Shown in pieces: positions 11,182 through 18,439 of a stretch of 18,890 bases of DNA. A model generated the notes under the pieces. It was not told the origin of the DNA, ran no database searches, and saw only the letters and a list, made by a program, of their open reading frames with translations. The first letter of the stretch is position 1. Every line of letters starts with the position of its first letter. Source of the stretch: a virus (taxonomy: Duplodnaviria; Heunggongvirae; Uroviricota; Caudoviricetes); IMG/VR virus record IMGVR_UViG_3300017989_002952, positions 1 through 18,890 of that record. One strand, given 5' to 3'. The position numbers and the translations under genes were made by a program.

Positions 11182-12966
11182 GTGTTTACACCAGATGATT
11201 TTTGGAGAATTTTTAGAGTTCTGAAAGATCCGACTGACGTAGATTCTCGATTAGATCCAAACACGAAAATTTTAGCCGAATCTGAACAACAAACATCTAA
11301 ACAATTCTTCTTAAACACATTAGACCAAACTGCACACCTTACTGATGACTACAAAAGATTGAGAGACTTCTTAGTTGATTGGTATGCTTCACACAAGACT
11401 ATTACGTCTACACAAAAATCCATCACAGACGTCTACTCTCTGCCTTCTGAGCATGTAAGTGAGCTTATTCGCAGTTTTGGTTTTACATACGGTTTAAACC
11501 TTGTTCCTCTCACAAATAAAGTAAATATGTTTTTGGATCTGGTAAACCTTTATAAGAAGAAGGGCACGCCAGAAGCAATGGCGGACATTCTTGACTATTA
11601 TGGTTTCTCTGACGCAGACATTATTGAATACTGGTTAGTCAAAGATCAATTTGGAAACCTAGTATTCAGAGGTCATAATGTTCGTCGTTCCGCAAGTGGT
11701 AGTACAGCTCTATTAGATGAAGATGTAGCCTTTGACACAATGACTGAATTTGATCCTCACTGGCTTTTGACAGAGGCTCAAATCCACAATTTAATTGCTA
11801 ATAATAAAATCAACCTACCTTCAAAGAGTCCGTTTTTCTCACTAAGTTCTGTGTTCTCAATGAGAAAACTCGAGTCTGCTATGGCGATTATGTCTCGAAT
11901 TGTTCAAGATGAATATGAGAGGTATTTTGTAAACGGACTGTCGCTTGCACAAAATTTACAGATTAGAGGAATTGGGTGGTCTGCCTCATTATTGGAAGTT
12001 TATCTTGCTTGTATCTATTGTTTTGAAAAATTGTTTGGAACAATGTCAGGAACAAGCGACCTTCGGTATTTATGTTATGATGGGACGGTAGAATACAATA
12101 CAGACGATCCTCCTTCACCAATAAATTTAGACACACTCGTTACTGAGTATGAGAATCTTGTGACTGATGCGCCAACGAATAGAGATGATAGAACAACTCG
12201 ATTAGCAACATTTGAAGCAAATTGGACAAGGGATTTGTCTACGAACATTTTTGATTCGAGCGCCTATGTTGCAGCCACTCTTTTAAATACAATCAATCCG
12301 TCGTTAAAAGCTGAGTGTGACTCATGGTTCGTACAGAATCAAGAGGACTTCTTAATTTCTTATTTGATCGGGACATTAGACAATTGGACTAGGACTAGAA
12401 TTGATACACAGACACCAAGTCTTGTCGTCACGATCTTAGGTTTTGGATTCCGAGAAGAGGTTAGTAAGATTATAGAATTCTTTAAACCATATCGTGCAAG
12501 ACTTGCGTTCCTCGATACGGCTTATGCAATTAGGAATCCATTAACTGAATCCATTAGGTTAGACAGTGCTTTAGAACAGACAAACATTGAGCAAAGCCAC
12601 ATTGACAATGTAAATGTCCATGACGATGATCATTTGGACATGCAGCTAGACTACTCGTTCTATGACAATGTCACAGCAATGGATTGTGCTGGAACAACCC
12701 ACGTTGGTTATGACAGAGGCGGTTTTTATGATGAAGCGTTAATGTTCTGTGATCTTTTAGATATTGTCACAGGCCAGGTTTTTGATGGTCTTGATACTGT
12801 CAATGTTACAGACGACTTCTCTGTTGGGTTCCCAATGACTTTCGAAGACTTTCCAAGGGGTTACGGACCCCCAGCACAGATGGATTCAGGAAATACCTAC
12901 GATCAACTATTACAATCCCCAATCGTGGATGATCGTGATCATTTAGAAATTGTTTCCATCCCATAA
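11182..12966 (+). CDS. Putative baseplate wedge / tail protein I-like subunit (594 aa)
   Basis: GTG start with SD agagaggag. The motif FLDLVNLYKKKGTPEAMADILDYYG resembles the LYxxKGT signature of P2 gpI / T4 gp7-like baseplate proteins. Acidic C-terminus; structural gene context. Confidence 0.6.
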   Translation: MFTPDDFWRIFRVLKDPTDVDSRLDPNTKILAESEQQTSKQFFLNTLDQTAHLTDDYKRLRDFLVDWYASHKTITSTQKSITDVYSLPSEHVSELIRSFGFTYGLNLVPLTNKVNMFLDLVNLYKKKGTPEAMADILDYYGFSDADIIEYWLVKDQFGNLVFRGHNVRRSASGSTALLDEDVAFDTMTEFDPHWLLTEAQIHNLIANNKINLPSKSPFFSLSSVFSMRKLESAMAIMSRIVQDEYERYFVNGLSLAQNLQIRGIGWSASLLEVYLACIYCFEKLFGTMSGTSDLRYLCYDGTVEYNTDDPPSPINLDTLVTEYENLVTDAPTNRDDRTTRLATFEANWTRDLSTNIFDSSAYVAATLLNTINPSLKAECDSWFVQNQEDFLISYLIGTLDNWTRTRIDTQTPSLVVTILGFGFREEVSKIIEFFKPYRARLAFLDTAYAIRNPLTESIRLDSALEQTNIEQSHIDNVNVHDDDHLDMQLDYSFYDNVTAMDCAGTTHVGYDRGGFYDEALMFCDLLDIVTGQVFDGLDTVNVTDDFSVGFPMTFEDFPRGYGPPAQMDSGNTYDQLLQSPIVDDRDHLEIVSIP

Positions 12967-13014
12967 GAGATACGTTCTCTACGAATATCAATGGGTTACA
13001 TTCTACCTTCGCGC

Positions 13015-13030
13015 AGAACATATATTAAAT
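13015..13030 (+). promoter_or_regulatory. Candidate phage promoter motif AGAACA-N5-TAAAT (copy 1)
   Basis: agaaca tatat taaat lies in the intergenic gap before the phosphoesterase; the same motif with the same spacing occurs at 16504-16519. Confidence 0.4.
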
Positions 13031-13067
13031 ATCCTGTGTTTAATAACCCGCATAGAGAGGTATGAAT

Positions 13068-14306
13068 ATGCCAGCTGCTAAGTATCCAGGATTAAAAAAA
13101 TGGGTAAAGAACAAACTAATAGAAGGAGCAAGACCAGGAGATATTTATGAAACTGCAGTTAGGCGGTTTCGTTATGAAAATTCGCAAGATCAATTTGGAC
13201 ATTATTGTAGAGGAGTAAGGAGAACAGAAAAACTCCCACCAGCAGGACCCGCCAACCAATACACCAACGGAAATGGACACACTGAAGAACCAGTTGACGA
13301 AGATGCGGCGTTATTCCTGGCTGCTGTCCAGAATAAGAAACAGGTTGAGGTCCTAGCATTATGTGAGCAATTAGATTGCAAACCCAAGCAAATATTTGAA
13401 TATGTTGAATACTTTAGAACAAAAGGTGTTGAACTATCACTACAAAGCGGTGTTATCTTTTTCAACACTTCAGCACCAGCAGCAGTTGAACCAGTGTCTC
13501 AAATTGCTGAGACTGAGATTGTCTTTGGTGTAGCTTCTGATTTACATTTTGGATCAAAACATTGTCAAATAACTGCTCTAAATACCTTCTGTGAGATATG
13601 TAAAAAGAAGGGAGTTAAACACATGTTCTCACCTGGAGATGTAGTAGCAGGTTACAATGTTTATCCTGGTCAACAGTTTGATGTTTATGCTTTATCAGCT
13701 CAAGAACAAGAATCATCAGTTGTAACAAATTTACCAACAGGTTTTGAGTGGTATCTGCTTGGTGGAAACCATGATTATGCTTTTATTAAAAGAGGTGGTG
13801 GACATAACCCAGTCTTGTCTATTGCATCTCAAAGAGAAGACTGCCATTATGTTGGTTTCGATCAGGCAATTATTCCTATACTCAACGGTGTTGATTTATC
13901 TATGTGGCACCCAAGTGGAGGCGTCCCTTATTCGGTCTCATATCGACTCCAAAAGGGTGTAGAACAGATCGCATATAGTGAACTCACCAATATCGTTCGA
14001 GGAGTTAAAGACAAACCCACCATAAGATTTATCCTTTCAGGTCATTTACATATTCAAATGCAAGCATTGTTTGGGAGTATTTTTGGTTGTCAGTGCGGTA
14101 CATTTGAAGGACAAACAAATTACTTGCAGCGAAAAAACCTTGTCCCAAATATTGGTGGTTATATTATTAAAGCTGAGCTTGGTAGAAACGGTTTACTAAG
14201 AAACTTTGAAGCTAAATTTTATGTATTTGAAGAAGTTGAGGACGACTGGAAAAACTATAGACATTCAGTAATCTCACCAAAAATAGAGAAGCCAGTTTTT
14301 GCATAA
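13068..14306 (+). CDS. Calcineurin-like metallophosphoesterase with an N-terminal putative winged HTH (412 aa)
   Basis: All five motifs are present: SDLHFG, PGDVVAG, GGNHD, WHPSGG, SGHLH. ATG 13068 is 7 nt from SD agagagg; ATG 13062 is an alternative start. Confidence 0.9.
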   Translation: MPAAKYPGLKKWVKNKLIEGARPGDIYETAVRRFRYENSQDQFGHYCRGVRRTEKLPPAGPANQYTNGNGHTEEPVDEDAALFLAAVQNKKQVEVLALCEQLDCKPKQIFEYVEYFRTKGVELSLQSGVIFFNTSAPAAVEPVSQIAETEIVFGVASDLHFGSKHCQITALNTFCEICKKKGVKHMFSPGDVVAGYNVYPGQQFDVYALSAQEQESSVVTNLPTGFEWYLLGGNHDYAFIKRGGGHNPVLSIASQREDCHYVGFDQAIIPILNGVDLSMWHPSGGVPYSVSYRLQKGVEQIAYSELTNIVRGVKDKPTIRFILSGHLHIQMQALFGSIFGCQCGTFEGQTNYLQRKNLVPNIGGYIIKAELGRNGLLRNFEAKFYVFEEVEDDWKNYRHSVISPKIEKPVFA

Positions 14307-14307
14307 C

Positions 14308-14331
14308 AAAAATGGGGACCTCCTATCCCCA
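14308..14331 (-). terminator. Intrinsic terminator of the leftward operon
   Basis: Stem tgggga (14313-18) / tcccca (14326-31), followed on the minus strand by TTTTT; it sits at a convergent gene junction. Confidence 0.65.
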
Positions 14332-14508
14332 AGGTTTAAGCAATCTTTGCGCTGCGTCAAACCCAAACTCACGGGTGACCAGCACAAAGATTGCTTGCAT
14401 TATTGAAAGTTTAGCGGCTTCAGAGGTATGACTTGGATGATTGTCTGCATACTGAAGAGCTCGCGCTAATTGACTAATCATTGTTTTGTCATCGTGTGAC
14501 GTTTTCAT
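14323..14508 (-). CDS. Hypothetical protein (61 aa)
   Basis: ATGA overlap with the upstream stop (14505-14508) indicates translational coupling. Confidence 0.65.
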   Translation of the reverse strand: MKTSHDDKTMISQLARALQYADNHPSHTSEAAKLSIMQAIFVLVTREFGFDAAQRLLKPWG

Positions 14509-15344
14509 ATTGGTGATGGTATCCCCTCTCGGTTACAGAAGTTGATGAGGTCGTCTTCAGTAATACTAGAGTTCGGGTTAGTTTTGATGGTTCCGGCTCT
14601 GTGCATTCCAAGTTGTATCCATTCATGTGGATAATACTTATGAAATTTATCCAGTATTTCTTTCGCGGATTCTGGACTTATTGGAGGATTACAACCCTTA
14701 GCAACATCATCAAAACTCCCTGTTGTAACGAATATATTCAGAAACGCCGCAATTGTAATACCCAACTCACCTACAGCATTCTCATCCCCAACTCCAAAAT
14801 ATTTCTCGATAAATTTATCCTTTTCCTTTTGTTTAACACGTTTATTGAGGATGTAATGCAAGGTCCCTTTTGAGGAAATTCCGAATTTCTCCATCGTAAG
14901 ATCATAAGATCGACATTTCTGATAGAACGATCTCACCTCATCATTGTCGTACTTCTTGAGATGAGACGCCGCATTTTTAGAGCACCGTTTGTGGGTCTCT
15001 TCACCTTTAAGTTGTTCACTTTCTTTGAAGGTCATCAACTCGATGTTACTCTTTCGAATATTCATTGGATTGCTATCAAGATGACGTATAACCAAGTTCG
15101 GATCGAAAATTTTGTCTCCAAACTTTTGGTACGCAGATAGCTTTCCAGCCTCGACCTTCAAGTGTTCTCTGTTTGGTCCACGAACAGAGAATCTAGGGTT
15201 ATAGTTTTTACCGGAAGCGTTTAACCTCAACTTTTTACCGGTAACACCAATCACATCATTACCAACTACTCGATATCCTTTTTCATAGGCGAGTAGTAGA
15301 GCTTTCACCGCCTTACTCGGTTTTGTCTGGTCGCTTTGGTACAT
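14505..15344 (-). CDS. HNH (HNH_3 / I-HmuI-like) endonuclease-derived protein, probably inactive, fused to a C-terminal HTH-like domain (279 aa)
   Basis: ATG 15344 with SD GGAGGTG (the track's TTG start overlaps the SD). Contains the KLSAYQKFG...VIRHLDSNPMNIRKSNI HNH core, an HTH-like SYDLTMEKFGISSKGTLHYIL, and a ~100-aa extra C-terminal domain. Confidence 0.75.
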   Translation of the reverse strand: MYQSDQTKPSKAVKALLLAYEKGYRVVGNDVIGVTGKKLRLNASGKNYNPRFSVRGPNREHLKVEAGKLSAYQKFGDKIFDPNLVIRHLDSNPMNIRKSNIELMTFKESEQLKGEETHKRCSKNAASHLKKYDNDEVRSFYQKCRSYDLTMEKFGISSKGTLHYILNKRVKQKEKDKFIEKYFGVGDENAVGELGITIAAFLNIFVTTGSFDDVAKGCNPPISPESAKEILDKFHKYYPHEWIQLGMHRAGTIKTNPNSSITEDDLINFCNREGIPSPI

Positions 15345-15549
15345 TGTGTTCACCTCCAATATGTATCATTTCTAGTACAACTTCGTCAAAATCTACCATA
15401 ACATCATCAATCGTAGGAACCGGTTGGCCGCTTTCCTTCAATCGACTTTCAAACTTTTTCCGAAAGTCATCCAGATATTCTATCAACATCTTCTGGATAC
15501 CTTCTTGATATTTTCGCCATGCTTCACTCGACATGTCCAAAATGTTCAT
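15313..15549 (-). CDS. Hypothetical protein (78 aa)
   Basis: ATG 15549 with SD AAAGGAG, 2 nt after the upstream stop; starts MNILDMSSEAW. Confidence 0.7.
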   Translation of the reverse strand: MNILDMSSEAWRKYQEGIQKMLIEYLDDFRKKFESRLKESGQPVPTIDDVMVDFDEVVLEMIHIGGEHNVPKRPDKTE

Positions 15550-15551
15550 AA

Positions 15552-16445
15552 TTATTTCTCCTTTTGATGTAGTTGAATTATCTCTGCTGGTTTTGGTGGA
15601 AAGAAGTTTTTCCATGCTTCTGGAAAATCATTCTCAAGTTTTATCAAAAGTTTCTTAACCCTTGAGCCACTGATAACTGGAGTACATACTCGACCTGTTG
15701 GTGCATATTTTCCAGTATCTTTGTATACCTTCAGGAAATCAGTGATCGAAATTCCAAGAGTTCCGTTTTTACCAAAAGTTTGAGCTGCCCATGTCATCTT
15801 CTTAATCTTCTCTCTTTCGGCTTCAACTTCTGCAACATTCTTGATGCTGGCGCTAGTCAACTTAGCTTTTGGTAAATTCAAACTTTCATACTCATAGTAG
15901 AGGTCAGTAACCCGAATACACTCAACAAAACTTCCTAGAAATGAGTAGACGTTCTGTAATAGCTTACTGATAAGATGTACTATACACCAGTTAAAGTGTG
16001 TAGCATCTTCCTTTCTCCAGGTTGTGCTTTCATTCCTAAGAATACCGTCTATATGGTTTACACGAAAGATCCTATTATCTGGTTCTGAGTACATTGACTT
16101 ACCACCGCTGAAACGTAGCCAATCATGATCAATAGGATCTGGAATCGAGACACATAAATGATCTACGGGCGACCATTCTAAAACCAAGTTGTTCTTACTA
16201 GTAAGATACAGAAAGAAGTACGCCTTGGGTTTTCGACGATGACCATATTCATCATACAATTTTTCAAGATTCCAGTTAGAAGGGTTCAGTAACTCATATA
16301 CTCCTTGATTTCCTTGCCACTCAACAAGCTCATCGACTACACTGTCGATTATTTGAACACAGTAGTCGTTCCAACCTTCTTCAATGTTAGTAATACTTCT
16401 TATTTTCAGAACTTCGTCCTGCGCCATTCTTATTAATTCATGCAT
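15552..16445 (-). CDS. Hypothetical protein (297 aa) with a C-terminal HTH-like domain
   Basis: ATG 16445 with SD AAAGGAG. Its C-terminal 49 aa are paralogous to the C-terminus of the HNH fusion. Confidence 0.75.
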   Translation of the reverse strand: MHELIRMAQDEVLKIRSITNIEEGWNDYCVQIIDSVVDELVEWQGNQGVYELLNPSNWNLEKLYDEYGHRRKPKAYFFLYLTSKNNLVLEWSPVDHLCVSIPDPIDHDWLRFSGGKSMYSEPDNRIFRVNHIDGILRNESTTWRKEDATHFNWCIVHLISKLLQNVYSFLGSFVECIRVTDLYYEYESLNLPKAKLTSASIKNVAEVEAEREKIKKMTWAAQTFGKNGTLGISITDFLKVYKDTGKYAPTGRVCTPVISGSRVKKLLIKLENDFPEAWKNFFPPKPAEIIQLHQKEK

Positions 16446-16503
16446 ATTTATTTCTCCTTTCATACAATAGATTGTTTCGAGCTCGTTTAATAATATATAT
16501 AGT

Positions 16504-16519
16504 AGAACAAACTATAAAT
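16504..16519 (+). promoter_or_regulatory. Candidate phage promoter motif AGAACA-N5-TAAAT (copy 2)
   Basis: agaaca aacta taaat lies in the divergent intergenic region, about 75 nt before ATG 16593. Confidence 0.4.
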
Positions 16520-16539
16520 GGCTCACTGTTTTAACCTAA

Positions 16540-16573
16540 ACCGACTTTAAATCATTCTAAGATCTTAGTCGGT
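16540..16573 (+). promoter_or_regulatory. Possible 5' UTR stem-loop / operator
   Basis: accgact (16540-46) pairs with agtcggt (16567-73); a perfect 12-bp palindrome ctaagatcttag lies at 16557-68, just upstream of SD aaggagg. Confidence 0.35.
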
Positions 16574-16592
16574 GATCTTGAAGGAGGAAAAC

Positions 16593-17465
16593 ATGGTGTA
16601 CAGCAGTCAATTTGTCGCAGTAGTAAAGTGTAATGGTAAAGTCCTTCGTGAAAGAAGTGACGTAGTAACCCTTCCATTTGGTGCTGAATATTCCCTTCTT
16701 TTAAAGAATCTCTCACCACGTAAGGCGTCCGTCAATGTTAGTATTGATGGTCAGGACGTTCTGTACGGAAATTCTCTTATCATCGACCCAAATTCTGAGA
16801 CTGAATTAAAAGGTTTTCTTGATGGGATGACAGTCCGTCATCGCTTTAAGTTCATTCAGAAAACCAAACAAATTCAGCAACATAGAGGGGATAAACTTGA
16901 CGATGGAATAATTCGTATCCAATATGCTTTTGAAGAGCAACGAGTCATCAAGAGAAAGACTATCCTTCATGAGCATCACAAACATGAACACCACCATCAT
17001 CACCATCATAGAAAAACCCATTGGTATAATTATGACTACTACCCACCACTATTTTCTGATAGTAAAGGAGTGGGTTGGGATGATAGTGGGAATGTCTACG
17101 GTTCTTCTGATCAGCTCGTAGGTTCTTCGTTGACATGTAACTCTGGTGGCAGAGGTTTAGAAGGTGAAGTATCTAATTGCTTCTATTCAAATGTCTGTGA
17201 AGATTCTCTTGACGATGCTCCATTGGACGATGAAGGAATCACTGTCCAAGGATCCCAAACCAGACAAGATTTTCATTATGATACTATTGGTAAACTTGAG
17301 CCTTCTCAAGTTATTATTTTAAGACTCAGAGGTCAGACTTCAGGTGGAACAAAAGTTAGTAAACCTGTTACAGTCAAAACTAAATTTCAGTGTCCCACTT
17401 GTGGAACAAGGTCAGGTTCACGAGCCAGATTTTGCGCTCAATGTGGAACTAACTTAGAAATCTAA
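16593..17465 (+). CDS. Hypothetical protein (290 aa) with a beta-rich N-terminal domain, a His-rich tract and a C-terminal zinc ribbon
   Basis: ATG 16593 with SD aaggagg. HEHHKHEHHHHHHH at 16968-17009; CPTCG...CAQCG at 17391-17447. Confidence 0.85.
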   Translation: MVYSSQFVAVVKCNGKVLRERSDVVTLPFGAEYSLLLKNLSPRKASVNVSIDGQDVLYGNSLIIDPNSETELKGFLDGMTVRHRFKFIQKTKQIQQHRGDKLDDGIIRIQYAFEEQRVIKRKTILHEHHKHEHHHHHHHRKTHWYNYDYYPPLFSDSKGVGWDDSGNVYGSSDQLVGSSLTCNSGGRGLEGEVSNCFYSNVCEDSLDDAPLDDEGITVQGSQTRQDFHYDTIGKLEPSQVIILRLRGQTSGGTKVSKPVTVKTKFQCPTCGTRSGSRARFCAQCGTNLEI

Positions 17466-17497
17466 ACAAAAAATAAACAGTGATCCATTTCATGAGT

Positions 17498-17530
17498 TGT
17501 GGGGAGTCCTTTTGAGACTCCCCACATTTC
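17498..17530. terminator. Strong hairpin, probable bidirectional terminator
   Basis: Perfect 11-bp stem tgtggggagtc / gactccccaca with a 7-nt loop, followed by tttc on the + strand. It lies between the zinc-ribbon gene and the array. Confidence 0.75.
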
Positions 17531-17537
17531 GTCCGTA

Positions 17538-18426
17538 AATCCACAGTATTCCATAAATTTCTGTCGCTCAGGAACGCATTACACAAAACTCTAAGATTAA
17601 TTTGACCCCACAGAATCGTGTAAAACACTACGTTAGTGTTTCCCAACATATCCAATGTGTTCTTATCAATTTCTATTGGAAGTTTTACGGGACGGTTCTC
17701 TTTTTGACAAATCATCATAGGTTCGGATCTCATCGAGCAATAATGTCAACAAAATCTGATCCCACATCACCGCATCTAAGCGTATCGAATTCTATCGTAC
17801 TCCACGGTATCGTGAACAACATAATACCACAATAAACCCAAATCCGTCACAATGTTTGAAGACCCATGCGATAAGATTAACTAGTGGACGACTTGTAATC
17901 GCACATTATTAAATCGAACAGGTTGTGATGTCACCCTATCGAATGGTAAGGTGCATGTTATAATACCACATCACACTACACCACACTCAAACGAAACCAA
18001 CATTATCGAACAGAAACCAACATTATGGAACGGAAGCCGATGTTATAATATTACAAGATGGATGCAAAAGTACCAAACAGCATCGCACCTAGTTATATAG
18101 AATCTAATTCTAAAGAACCTTATTAAAAGTTCCACGCCACTACGCACTACGACAAGATAAATGTTCGAATCGCTTCGAATTCTACGAAACATCAAAATGG
18201 AACGGAGTTGATTGGTTCCAAATCGATATGACGTTTTCACACATTATAGAACTGAATAATACACGTTATAAGATACAACAGCATTCGTTGCTTTGCGACA
18301 GGACTTTATCGGATCTTTTCGATTCGTATCGAATTGGATGTTGCATATCACGAGGTAATATCGCAACGCACCAGACGATATTGTATTTCATTGGATTGTT
18401 TGTAATACGTTGTCGCTTTAGACTTG
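17538..18426 (-). repeat. Cryptic pentamer array (AY+NNN on +, NNN+RT on -) in 12 blocks; candidate VIPR-like guide-RNA array
   Basis: Of 173 registered first positions, 142 are A, 23 T, 8 G and 0 C; 17955-18055 has 21 consecutive A at 5-nt spacing. All 11 register shifts are +2 (a 7-nt step). The repeat is seen directly; strand and RNA function are inferred. Confidence 0.9.
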
Positions 18427-18439
18427 ACGTAAGACAGGA

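Noticed and set aside
13159-17121. Small overlapping ORFs 13159-13359, 13202-13468, 13744-13962, 14601-14873, 15323-15508, 16806-17021 and 16924-17121
   Set aside because: All lie inside better-supported genes and have no independent signals.
17956-18049. Two perfect extended -10 motifs TGTTATAAT (17956-64, 18041-49)
   Set aside because: Explained by the repeated decoded Leu-Ile codons at both ends of that block; promoter activity is unsupported though possible.
17538-18420. Helically phased DNA-wrapping or origin element (mean step 882/172 = 5.13 nt, about 10.3 bp per two units)
   Set aside because: Block lengths are irregular (52-107 nt), and the codon-phased content of the variable bases fits an information-carrying array better. 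Retained as the fallback hypothesis.
17538-18426. CRISPR or TIGR array
   Set aside because: No identical 23-50-nt direct repeats, no 36-nt unit with box C/D-like motifs, and no recognisable cas or Nop-domain gene in the window.
17538-18426. DGR variable region
   Set aside because: No reverse transcriptase or template/variable repeat pair in the window, and adenine mutagenesis does not explain uniform 7-nt punctuation. It cannot be excluded outside the window.
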